This document shows, piece by piece, positions 47,501 to 57,100 of a stretch of DNA of 64,000 bases. Numbering within the stretch: the first letter of the stretch is position 1; every line of letters begins with the position of its first letter. Position numbers and translations under genes: made by a program. This DNA is from Candidatus Heimdallarchaeum endolithica (GTDB lineage Archaea; Asgardarchaeota; Heimdallarchaeia; Heimdallarchaeales; Heimdallarchaeaceae): contig CP084167.1 of the NCBI GenBank assembly GCA_021513715.1, positions 2,368,001-2,432,000 on the forward strand, given 5' to 3'. Under the pieces are notes generated by a model, which was not told the DNA's origin, ran no database searches, and saw nothing but the letters and a program-made list of their open reading frames with translations.

Positions 47501-50500
47501 TTGCTTCATCCCCTGTTAGTCATGACGAAATTACAGATGAAGATTATAATTCTGGTTCATTTCAAGTAAAACTAACATTAAAGAGTTATTGGACTTTCTT
47601 ACCTACTCTTTTAGAATACTCTACTACGCTTACTTTTGTAGACATTACAGATTCAAGCAATACTTATGATTTTAACATAATTTGTACAATGAGTGCTGAT
47701 ACAGTTTTGCAGTCAAATTTAGAATACACGAACCTATATTACCTCAGTTTAACTTGTATTTTTGAGCTTCAATTAAGTACTATTATTGATAATTTAAAAC
47801 CTGGAATTTATTCTCTGAAACTCTTAGCAGGAAACATTTTAACAGAGAAGGTCGAGATTGATACAAATAATGATGAAACAGTAGACAAAACGTTTCCTCA
47901 AAACATTGTGTGCAGTATACAAGTTACTTACTCTGATAACAATCCTCCATCTTTAAGGGAAGATCCAGAATTTGGTTTAACACAAACCTATGAGTATGAC
48001 GAGCAAGATATAAAGAGTACATCTTTTAAAATTTTAGCTGCTGATGGTTATTTAGGTCTTCAAACACCCAGATTTTATTGGAGAAAAATAGGATCTACAA
48101 GTTGGAATGAAGCAACACTCACATATTCAAACGATTTTGGAAATGAAAAAAGATATTATGCTATCCTTTACGACCAAGATTTAGGCACGGAGGGTATAGA
48201 ATACTTTTTCACAATCGAAGATGAAAGTTGGAAAACTATTTTTGGCCGGCTAGAGGATAACAATTGGAACCCAGGAATGAAATACGGTTTCAAAAACACA
48301 CCAGACGAGCCTAGTATAAGTGATAGCGACATAAAGCCTTTGCTCTCCTTTCCAATACTGCCGAACGACCAAAATCTCAAACTTTCATATGTTGGTTGTT
48401 CTCCAAGTTCTAATACTTTGTCTTCTAATGATGGAGTAACGATTACTCTGCAATTTGACAATCTTATAGGCGATTTTACTGAAAGTGCACTATTTATAAC
48501 ATCTGACGTTAATAAGAAGTTTGAAACAGATAATACACTATATATTCGAATTAAATATTGGGATCATGATTCATACGTCTATCTTCGATCAGAAACTTCG
48601 GATATAATAAATTACAACTATATCAATAAACATTCACTACAATTAACAGTAAGATTACATGATAATATATGGAATAGTATAAGCGATACAGCAAAAGAAT
48701 TCAAATATTATATTAACTCTCACTATCATTTCAAATTTGATGAATTTGATTTTAATTATGATTATGAAACAGAGAAAGGAACAAGTAGCCAATATGGTAA
48801 CTGGCAGAAAATCACAGTAGTAGATGATGTTGCTCCCAAAATAACGGATGTCTTTATTTATGATTCTAACAATGAACATTCTATAGATGAAACATATAAA
48901 ATCTGTGCTTCAGCAGAAAATTCAAACACAGGTTGGCACGTATATGAAGCATCATCATTTGAACTTCAAGTATATATGAATAAGGAGGGAACAATAAAAA
49001 CTATAGATCTAGTTGGAAATGATTATTCTGCTTATTATGCAGTATATGAAATTAAATTTAGTGATTATTATTCTGATCTTAGTTCAGGCGATACTATCTA
49101 TCTACAAATTATCGCTTGGCATAGTAATAACGATAATATGAAAGGATTTTCAGCGACAACAAGCATATCTTTTACTGATACACATCAAACTTCATTAATT
49201 AGTTCTTATAGCGTTAATCCTTATGATAGTAATGATAAAAAGGACTTAAGGTATTATTCTCATACAATAAGTTTATCCTCTACAATAAACTCTAACCATC
49301 AATTTATTGTAACTCTGGAAGATCTTGATACAGATAACACAGCATTGAGTTGTACTATAGATGTAACATTTATTCCATATACAGTAACGAATTCCTATTA
49401 TTATAAATATACATATGGTGTCTCTGCTTCCTCCATTGACACTTCTACTGCACATAGAGCTGTATTCACTTTCGATATTACACCAAGTATGAGAGTAATG
49501 AACCATAATCCTGTGGCTACTGGTTCAGGTAGGTGGGCAGGAAATATTAAGATTACAATAGATTATGGTAAAAATTTAGAAAATACAAAAGTATGTGGGA
49601 AAAATATAATTTATGAAGATTATAACTCTCCTTACTTCTATTCATCTTCTTTAGATTTATCTTCAGGAAACATGGGTAGTCAAGTCCGTTTTACTTTAAA
49701 ATATCGAAAGTGGTCTCCACCCAAATACATGACTACACTAACTAACCACTTAGTGAAAATGCAATATAAGTATGGTTCAACATGGGTTGATTTGACATGT
49801 ACAAGAATGGAAGTTCATTCTGGGGGGTCAACGGGAAGGTCATATTGGTATATTTATTTTGATATGGATGTAAAATATAGTTACGCTCCAGATAGAACAA
49901 TGTATTATCGTTATAAGATTGTTTCACAAGACCAATCTAGTACTTATTATTCTTCAAGCAAGTATTTCACTTGGAAAGATGTTACAAATCCAACAATATC
50001 AACAGTTAGTTTCGCAGGCGATGGAGACCCCATGGTCAGTCAACGCATAAATACTAGAGTAAAGGATAATTATTATGTAAGCAATGTATATATTCAATAC
50101 TATTGGAGTGGACACGGTTCCAGTAGTAGTCCCTACTCTACAACTGCATCAAAATATTCTGGAAGTAGAACAGATGGATGGTGGAAGGCGTTCATACCAG
50201 GTACTACTCCCAATAAAAATGTGTATGTATACTATAGAGTAAAGGCAAAAGATAGTTCTGGAAGAACAACTTATAGTTCATGGAAAAGTTACCATTCATA
50301 TAGTTCTGGACCAATTTTTGGATTACTACTTTCTCATGCAGTTAATCAGCAAGAAGAACGTACATATTCTAATGAAACGAATTCTGTTGAAAAAATGTTA
50401 CCTATTTATTCTTCATATATTTACGATCATAATGGAATTATTTTAACTCTCGGCACAGGAGGAATAATGGCAAATGGACAACTTGGTTTATATCTTCACA

Positions 50501-51108
50501 ATAAACAATTCGAGAAATATTTACCTATACATAACTCTAACAATTATTTTACATTGAATGTATTCCTACCTGAGATAAACACTAATACTACTTTCTTTGC
50601 AGATATTGTTTTATGGAGTGTGTGGGGAAGAACTTATTATCTTTCAAATTTATGGGAAGAATATTCGGAAACTAAAATAGATTTGGAAGTTAATATCAAA
50701 GAACCTACTATACATACCAATATTGAAGGAGAAAAATTATTAATAGAAATAGAATCGGAAAGGGAAATATATCTAACAAAATTACATTATCGATACTTAA
50801 ATTCTACATCTTGGCAAACAATTTCTTACTACGGGATTATTGAAATACAACAAGATTTTGGTTATATTGATAAACCTGTTGAAATTTCCATTGAAACATG
50901 GAATGAAGGATTAACAAATAATTATGCAAAGATAGAACAGTTAATAATATCACCTTCTGTTAACGAAGAAAAACAAGTAGTTAATTATGTTCTACCTGTT
51001 GTTTTTGTTAGTTTGGGAATAGGTTCTATTCTAGGGGGAGTATATATTGTTCGTATAAGGGATAAAAGAGGTTTGTTAAAATTACTTAAAGGAGTGAAAA
51101 GAGAATGA
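41596..51108 (+). CDS. Giant surface protein 1 of element B (3170 aa): signal peptide, ~20 or more Ig-like repeats, C-terminal TM anchor
   Basis: Repeated D-x-x-P-P-x-I linkers (DGNLPLI, DGIPPKI, DKTPPQI, DNTPPEI, DLYPPQI, DDVAPKI, DVTNPTI); C-terminal VLPVVFVSLGIGSILGGVYIV plus basic tail; starts 6 nt after the protease stop. Confidence 0.9.
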   Translation: MFNKKYSLVKYFSLIFLTLIFVQSLSNSALIKVQGDTNNTIQIKNLFRSHENVLGGIEFSVYCQVETNGSNIVKEVLLRYTEDGENHTTRMYSNFYSYYVGVVPGQEINSSITYWVEAKDNENNTAKSIIVGPLTVFDGNLPLIGDIIQNPVVPTNLDTINITTWVTDNVGVKDVKIEYWINNQVTSNIILMNNDGGAKYVGSLPTCEIGTKIVYRIVAVDTSPLQNTKYSENRTVYITDGVHPYIVFYESDPNEPNASQEFYLIAEAWDSTGIDKVNVEVTYSYNSIPIIYEMENIPDTNLYQKKIVGQPENTNITFFFTAIDSSSEHLNSSTPTYSIVIHDNVKPIITNVVHEIPTYLPNYYIEINATITDVSEIGRATIFYTYDNGENITLRGSNMVRYANTSVFHAGIETQTAGTVCTYWIDVEDIHQNRQVTENYSLTFIDGIPPKIDNVNISPINSTTILDNTTVQVNCSVTDENNVTVKLEVKIVDYYGFEIETKTFDMIEKEENIFEYNITATNATNTVYWTIIATDDSLTNNTACYSSHYVVVDQGLPQILLCDTEPNDNSDTQSIYLKLVDDGKIKNIRVRPGISDGLFTTWYNPTYYAPELSDSYWEGTITTHLNLYGLTNYYFKIEVTVYDVWDNSFTDTYIFLIEDKTPPQINIVDYPETLNENEDFNITLQIVDNSSYTAWLLYQVNYGEEYIAPIIDTNGNLTGTISSSSYDFSQILLIYICAEDEKGNKIQIENPLTYVITDGNPPYISNDTTLFSYDNVKIAYNSTLTVRAIVNDPSGIDYVKLHYRYADGNEGEIDMNIDFYNQYNYSVEFNIDTLNYRNTNVELWLIARDNSGWVVNSYESKVLVLFRDIFSPSGKILDSLEYIELKNENISVTAQFKDDTYININSIKMEVKYFSLSLQNISLSRVISSTGENDYITEFEIDPNLLVPYVDQNISLRVIVEDSQGNIFFSQPLILLVKDTTSPCIDADSWIYSPLNPNVENKVYLPSVFDVSGINDTFTLVYLNSSESETEQLNTLYDSNLSRWYVLVPSFRALTLITLNATFSDIHGNINGVLLTETITDLEAPVIYSLITSPEPSDNKPVEFSANVSDDGEIYLVELIVEQNGMNISYFMSYNSSLYETDINLDKGSYNIWLKAVDMCNKVSYYSSTLTVIDKTPPSLISVNSYPYGFQPIDKNDFYFIVEGTDNEGLSQIIVEYTINSSSYRQIQSVANNSAIFMINDTEILPYDTILLTNITILDNAVSPNCLIKTTNLPQWIVGDNTPPEIYSHTDHNFDGSSTSDFYLTVYITENDVRNHTNIDSTIYYKYYNDSSWMNQSLYYGGEIIEEQCYYEVMLSPPWKAGTYEYYITVSLNGMTTLYYNETTPLTFAIEDFTSPIIKSDSLVHTSQDELQPINSSSDEDINDFVISFIVVEHETGIDLTIGDTNTGINVLLSLDSGSSWTKYGEVTNAQFLGNGEYQITYTISADDLRTFIHHETILYKIKLKDSANNEKIYTSFEGDTFSFNIKDLYPPQIQWILITKESNPSPNYWAYDLENLPEGYYLVDTTSTLNYSITGISPLLDEGDFGYSDIIKIGLKIKDHTAFNNPPDIRTYFNYGTENININKTIYGNSEFLFWVEFDLANIVGSNNFKSHKDTTETPFRLQLNYYFILTDSYSNELTSQNYSIYLYDTYAPKLTNGYNRPYFTDLNDNVREDEGKCVLPNEYNKLMFSFEEVSLVTQNDITIQFYDTKGEIFYYEVNNNEINLDNNGFQYSVSITMDYNTFLSFPDVRFCIKIVISPNDGLILEKYYLLDIEALNVYYVKMVANYNEINWAVDGGTAIAHAETGDIYPGQPLNEVTITLGNLMYETHIEVYAHYEMTDKFNPTTSDIVSVSQLLKSFIQTPSSDLKLTKIINSWDANPEYAGNIYLFLKLYYTWDIPSNAISSSDITEGKCYIYIHHNKAVEEVDFASSPVSHDEITDEDYNSGSFQVKLTLKSYWTFLPTLLEYSTTLTFVDITDSSNTYDFNIICTMSADTVLQSNLEYTNLYYLSLTCIFELQLSTIIDNLKPGIYSLKLLAGNILTEKVEIDTNNDETVDKTFPQNIVCSIQVTYSDNNPPSLREDPEFGLTQTYEYDEQDIKSTSFKILAADGYLGLQTPRFYWRKIGSTSWNEATLTYSNDFGNEKRYYAILYDQDLGTEGIEYFFTIEDESWKTIFGRLEDNNWNPGMKYGFKNTPDEPSISDSDIKPLLSFPILPNDQNLKLSYVGCSPSSNTLSSNDGVTITLQFDNLIGDFTESALFITSDVNKKFETDNTLYIRIKYWDHDSYVYLRSETSDIINYNYINKHSLQLTVRLHDNIWNSISDTAKEFKYYINSHYHFKFDEFDFNYDYETEKGTSSQYGNWQKITVVDDVAPKITDVFIYDSNNEHSIDETYKICASAENSNTGWHVYEASSFELQVYMNKEGTIKTIDLVGNDYSAYYAVYEIKFSDYYSDLSSGDTIYLQIIAWHSNNDNMKGFSATTSISFTDTHQTSLISSYSVNPYDSNDKKDLRYYSHTISLSSTINSNHQFIVTLEDLDTDNTALSCTIDVTFIPYTVTNSYYYKYTYGVSASSIDTSTAHRAVFTFDITPSMRVMNHNPVATGSGRWAGNIKITIDYGKNLENTKVCGKNIIYEDYNSPYFYSSSLDLSSGNMGSQVRFTLKYRKWSPPKYMTTLTNHLVKMQYKYGSTWVDLTCTRMEVHSGGSTGRSYWYIYFDMDVKYSYAPDRTMYYRYKIVSQDQSSTYYSSSKYFTWKDVTNPTISTVSFAGDGDPMVSQRINTRVKDNYYVSNVYIQYYWSGHGSSSSPYSTTASKYSGSRTDGWWKAFIPGTTPNKNVYVYYRVKAKDSSGRTTYSSWKSYHSYSSGPIFGLLLSHAVNQQEERTYSNETNSVEKMLPIYSSYIYDHNGIILTLGTGGIMANGQLGLYLHNKQFEKYLPIHNSNNYFTLNVFLPEINTNTTFFADIVLWSVWGRTYYLSNLWEEYSETKIDLEVNIKEPTIHTNIEGEKLLIEIESEREIYLTKLHYRYLNSTSWQTISYYGIIEIQQDFGYIDKPVEISIETWNEGLTNNYAKIEQLIISPSVNEEKQVVNYVLPVVFVSLGIGSILGGVYIVRIRDKRGLLKLLKGVKRE

Positions 51109-54100
51109 AAAAAATAATCACAAATAAAAAAATTAAAAGCCTTAAAGTAAGTTTTTTGACAATAATAATAATTATTGGTGTAACCTTTGGTGATATTACT
51201 CACGTAATAAGTGACTACTCCTATCACCCAACAAATGAGTTTTATTTTTTCCATGACAGATATTTTTCTGTTAACAACACATTTGGCTGGAAGGGAGATT
51301 ATGATATAAAGAGTAAAAGTTTATCCATTTTGGATGATCACAGTATAAAGAAAAGCGTCGATATTTCAACATGGAATGGATACTCTCCACTTCTATTAAC
51401 AGTTAGAACGAACACAGAATCTTCTGACGCTATTGATCAACTGCTAATTTATGATAGTAACACGTCAAGTATCATAATGGAAAAAAATAATATTAACGTT
51501 TTACGTTCTGTAAGAATAGATTACTACATATTTCCTTCAACAGAATATATTACTATTAAAATCAAAGATTCAGATTCAAATGTTTATGATTGTAATATAA
51601 AAGAAGTAGCTCTTTTCACTCCTCAATACCATCAAATAGATTTGTTATCAAATACTTATGCAGTTCCTGAGGAAGACTATCCTTTAGCTCGTTGGTATGA
51701 AACTGAATACGGATATGTTACTGATCAATATTTAGAACATAATGCACGAGTGGTTAAAACAAATGAAGTAGAGTATGGATTTTCTGAACTTTCATTTTAC
51801 TTTGAAGTTCCTTCAGTTTATATGCCTACATTAAATTATATGTTTTCTAGCGCTAAAGAAACAGAACAAACTATTTATCAAATTGATATTTCTGTTTTAG
51901 ATTTTGATGCTAGAACAAGCTATTATACTTTGAAAAGCGAAAAAGAGATTTACGATAGTTACCCTACTATCAATGCTGTTGACCTCTCTTCTTATGCAGG
52001 ACACTATATAAATCTGAAAGTCAAAATTACATGGTCTAATAATATTGAATTATCAAAATTAGGACTGATTATTAACTATCTTTTTATTGATGGAATAGTT
52101 AATGAAGACTACTATACTCCAGGAGATACAATTGCTGCTGAAGAATATTCTAAGTCACTGTACAAGTCTAAAGTCAAAGAAATTGACGATTTCACTTTTA
52201 TAGAGGGAGAAGGGTATGTAAGCTACTCTAACCCATTGCTTATGATCGATAACAATGTGGAAGGAGGTTATCTATCATATCAAATTCAAAATAGTGTAAG
52301 TGTATATGAAGATGATTTTTATGATATTGATTTAGACGGTTGGTACTATAACACTAATTATACTAGTAATGTAGATTCTTCTTTGTATACCGACACTTTA
52401 ACAAATGAAACGAAAACTACAGTCCATTACGACCAAAATTTCAATGATTCTTATATTATTGATACATCTTTTACTATTCTTGGAACGAGTGAGAGTAGAC
52501 AATCAACTTTTACTATTTTGTTTAACTATGATAACAATACACATTCTGGTTATGGACTAAGATTCGGTTATGGGGACGAAGAAAAAGGCTATATTAGTTT
52601 AATAAGGATAATCAACAATTTAGAGACTGAATTATATTTCAGAAATGAAGAAATTCTTAAAGATGTTTCTTATTCCATATCTATTATCTATTCTAAAAAT
52701 GGTACAACAGTTGAAATATCTAATTCAGAGACTATTAATGTATATGACAGTGCCTTTAACAATGGATTTTTAGGTTTCGCTTTTGATACAATTAAGGCAC
52801 AGATAACAAGTGTTTCTGTACAGATGAGAGATGAGTATGCGATTGATAGGTTACATTTTAGAGCTATGAACACAGGAACAGAAAATGTTGATGTTAATTT
52901 CTATGTTGATCAAATCGATGGTAATGGTCTTTCTAGACAATTACTAGCAAAAATAGTTTTGGAGAAAGGGAAGGGACTAAAACAGTATACTTGCCCTATC
53001 AATCCTGAATTAATAGGTTTTCGAGTCATTTTAAGTGTTGAAATCGTCACTCCTTTTATATTTCCAATATATCTAGATACAATACAATTCTCAGGTGCTA
53101 CGCCTTTTGGTTATACAAGATATGCATGGGATTATTATAGAAAAGGATCAAAAGCTTATGTCGACCATGATAAACTCTACTATGACGGAAATGAGCCTTC
53201 TGCATATGAAACACCTTTTGACTTTACAGATTCGACAGACGAAATTTTCTATCCTAAGTTTGGAATGAATACTCCTTGGCAAAAAATTTATGATTATGAA
53301 GACTCTTCTAATTTATTTACTTCTTTTGATAAATTCGGAGACTGGAAAGGAATAATTGATGTTACAAAGAGCATTCATTTCTCTTTAACAAATAATACAA
53401 ATAGTATGTATGGAGTAAAATCTTTAGCTCCCTTCCAAATTTCGGGAGATTTTGATATCCATCTCACATTTTCTTCTACTAGCTCTTTTTCTTTTTATGA
53501 TGTTTTACAAGTCGGATTGAAAAACAATGAAGGAGATACATTTCTAGCAGTTGGAAGAAAAGGAGATATTTACTACTTGTTGATTGATGGACAAGAGAGA
53601 AAAGTTGTTAGCCTAACTCAAAGTTTAACGGACTTTGTTTTTCATTTGCAATGGAACAATGGGACACTTACTTTTGAATTCGGAGAGAAAGAGATATTTT
53701 CACTGTTTTTAGATGAACCTGCATTATACCAATCCATATCCAATATAGAACTTGTAATCGCATCTCAAGACTTTTTTGATACAACTTTGAAAAGTGTCTC
53801 TGCTGCGTATAAAAATGGTTATACAACATTACGTCATCGAATATTTGAAGAAAAATTTACAGATAAGAGTTTTAGTCAATGGGAAGTAGAGAATAGTTCT
53901 ACTGATTACGCGAGAATTGTTAACAGTCAACTTTATTCTTATTTTGGAAATAGCTCTGATTGGCATGGAGTGACTCTTTCCCACAAACAATCATTAGGAT
54001 TGAATTTTATCTTAGAATATGGTTTTGACGTTTTGCAATCTGATAAAGAATCAAAAGGGAAACAAAAACTCTCTTTAATGTCTAATGAAACAGAGGTATT

Positions 54101-57100
54101 ATCTGTTATTTTAGAAGATATTCAGTCAAATGATGAAACACCAGTTATGAAGATAAATCTTTACGGAACACTCATAGATTCTTACATTTTGCCATCTATT
54201 TGTATTAATCATGCATTAAGAATTAAAAAGGAAGGATTAAACGTTCAAATAAGTTATTATGATACTTTATCGTGGAAAGATTATCTTTCTTTTCAAATTA
54301 ATCCAAATGAATTGAATATTGATGAATTAGTTTTATCTCAAGAGAAATATGAAAATTTACCTTATTCTGATTTCTATATTAATTATCTAAGTGTGGATAG
54401 ATATTATTACAATATGGGATATGAAACAAACGCTGTTCATTCTGTCCTTAATGAGGAATTTTATTCTACAATAACAACTGATTCTAACTGGATAATTGAT
54501 TATACTAATTGCAATGAAAGTGATATAGATTTTGTAAATGATGAAGATATTCTTTATCTTACTCCGAATAATCCTAATATTGCAACAGGAACAATTAATT
54601 TTACTCGAATATTAAGCAACGTTACAGATATTGAGTTTACTCTAGATCTAATGTATAGCTTAATTGCTATATACAAAACTGGTGAATTTATTATTAATAT
54701 AAATGGAGGAGATTTATCTCTTTGGTTAAAGTTTAATGGAGAAAATATTACTCTAACCTTATCTTCTCAAATCGAGTCTCAATCAACCACTATTAACAAA
54801 AACTTTTTTGATCATAATACATTGCGTTTAATAAGTTCAAGTTCAGGACTTACTCTTTATTCTGATTTTATCAAACTCGGTAAACTTCAACCTTTACTTT
54901 CTATTGATTCTTATGCAGTGTCTTTACGTTCTGTAAGTCTAATTATTCAGACAAATTTCAATTCTAACCCTATTTCTTTTGGATTAGGTCGCCTAGCAAT
55001 TTCTGATTCAGATATTACAGTATATCAGTCTCCATGGTCTGATGGTTATACTATTATTAACGATTATTTCTCTGAGTTAAATTGGGCTACAAGAGGTTAT
55101 AACTATTATACACAACCCTTTACAATAACTGATGGTTCTCAACTTCAAACAAAGTTTACTACCGAAAGAAATGATTGGTATGGAAATACTTATTCAAAGG
55201 ATTATACATTTGAAATGGATTTCTTCATGGATGTAAGATTTTCTTTTATTCTTAATGGGGATAATGGATATCAATCTTTTATTTTAGAGAATAAAATTAA
55301 ATATCAAAATCTCATTGAAGTTAGATTTATAAGCGAAAATGAGAGCATTTGTATTCAACTTTTAATACAAAATGTTGTTGTAGATTCAATAATTTATGAA
55401 CATAGTATTATAGGTGGAATCTTACGTATTCAAAGAATAGGTGATAGAGTAGATGTCTACGGTGATTGGATTTCAAACCAACACTCATTTGAAAAAATGT
55501 TCTCTTATACTAATAATCTTAAGGACATATACATTGATCGTATCAAAATTAGGCAACTATCAAAGACTTCTTCTGCACATACCATGTGCATAGATGGATT
55601 ATACCTTAATACCCGTACTCTACCTGTACCAAATCCTTATACTCCTGCAATAGGTGAATTTGTTCCACTAACATATTCTACCACTTTTCAATCAATAGAT
55701 GATTATACTTCTTATGTTTATGGAAATGTAAATTCTGAAAACGTTCCTTTCACACATACTAATGGCTTACAAACACTTTTTGATTTTGATTCTTTTTCTA
55801 ATGAATTTCGAGGACGAACATTTTACAAAGACATTGTTTGTGTGGATGATTTTATCTTCACTTTTGATATTTCAGTAAACATTAGTTATAATAAAGTAGG
55901 ACTTTTGAATATTGAATTTTTAGACAATTCTTACCAAACTGTATTTCTTATTCAAGTTATAACCAATGACACTCTAAAAATTAATCTCTATTTACGTTCT
56001 TCTCTTATTTATACTTACGAAGATGAAATATCTTCTCTTCTAACTAACTCTTTCCGCCTTGCTAGAGCAGGAACAAAAATTCTTTTTGGTGTCTTTCGAG
56101 GAGATTATTATGTTCCTCTTGGTTCTCCTCTTGAAAGTTCTGTATCTCTTCTCTCCTCTTTCAACAGCGATTTATTCGGTATGAAAATCACTCAAGCAGC
56201 TTTATTTAATAACGTTACTTCTCCTAACTCTATTGTTCTTAATAGAATAGAAATTAACACTGCAAGTAGTGATGAAAGCAATTTAATATATAGAGAATCA
56301 ATTAACGATCCTAACTTTATAGCTAGTTACGATATGTGGATAAGAAATGAAACAAAATTAAGCATTTCTGCCTTTTCTAATTATTATACAGGAGAAAATA
56401 TAACTGAAAGATTGCAACTATCGATATATCTGTTGCCAATAGGTATGCCATTTAGTATCGACCCTGAAAACTATGTGGGAAGTATAATATTCTTAGATAA
56501 TGATATTGATACTTACACTCACTCTTTGATGATAATAGGATATACGGGATTATTTGAAGTTATAGTATGTATAGATCGTATGATACCAATTAGTCTATTT
56601 ACTTTAGAAACAAGTGCACCTTCTTCTTATGCTGAAGCAGAAAAGGATTATGAATATCAGTCTGATATTTTTGGTTGGGAAGAAGAATTTGAAGGATATA
56701 CTAATCCTACAGGTTGGGACGAATCAGTTTGGACAAAAGAGATTTTTATTTCTCAAGAAACTATGACTAAAGATTTATGGACATGTTATAATACCCAGAT
56801 TCAATTCACTTCCAGTTCCTTAATCATAAAACATATTTCACAATATAAGGGAACTGTGACAATTAACATTCCTCCCGTAAATGTGTCTCTCTATCCTTTT
56901 CTCTCTTTTGATATTATGACAACGGAGAGGTTCGCTTCAGAATCAATTAGCTTAGTAATTGGTAATAAGTCCATAGATATCACTCCAACTATAGACACAA
57001 CTTTAGGTTTTACAACAGTAAGAAAGAATCTTTATGAGTTAATTTATCCTAATGTAAATGAAACTGTAGGTCAAATTACTTTTGCTATCTATAATCCTTG

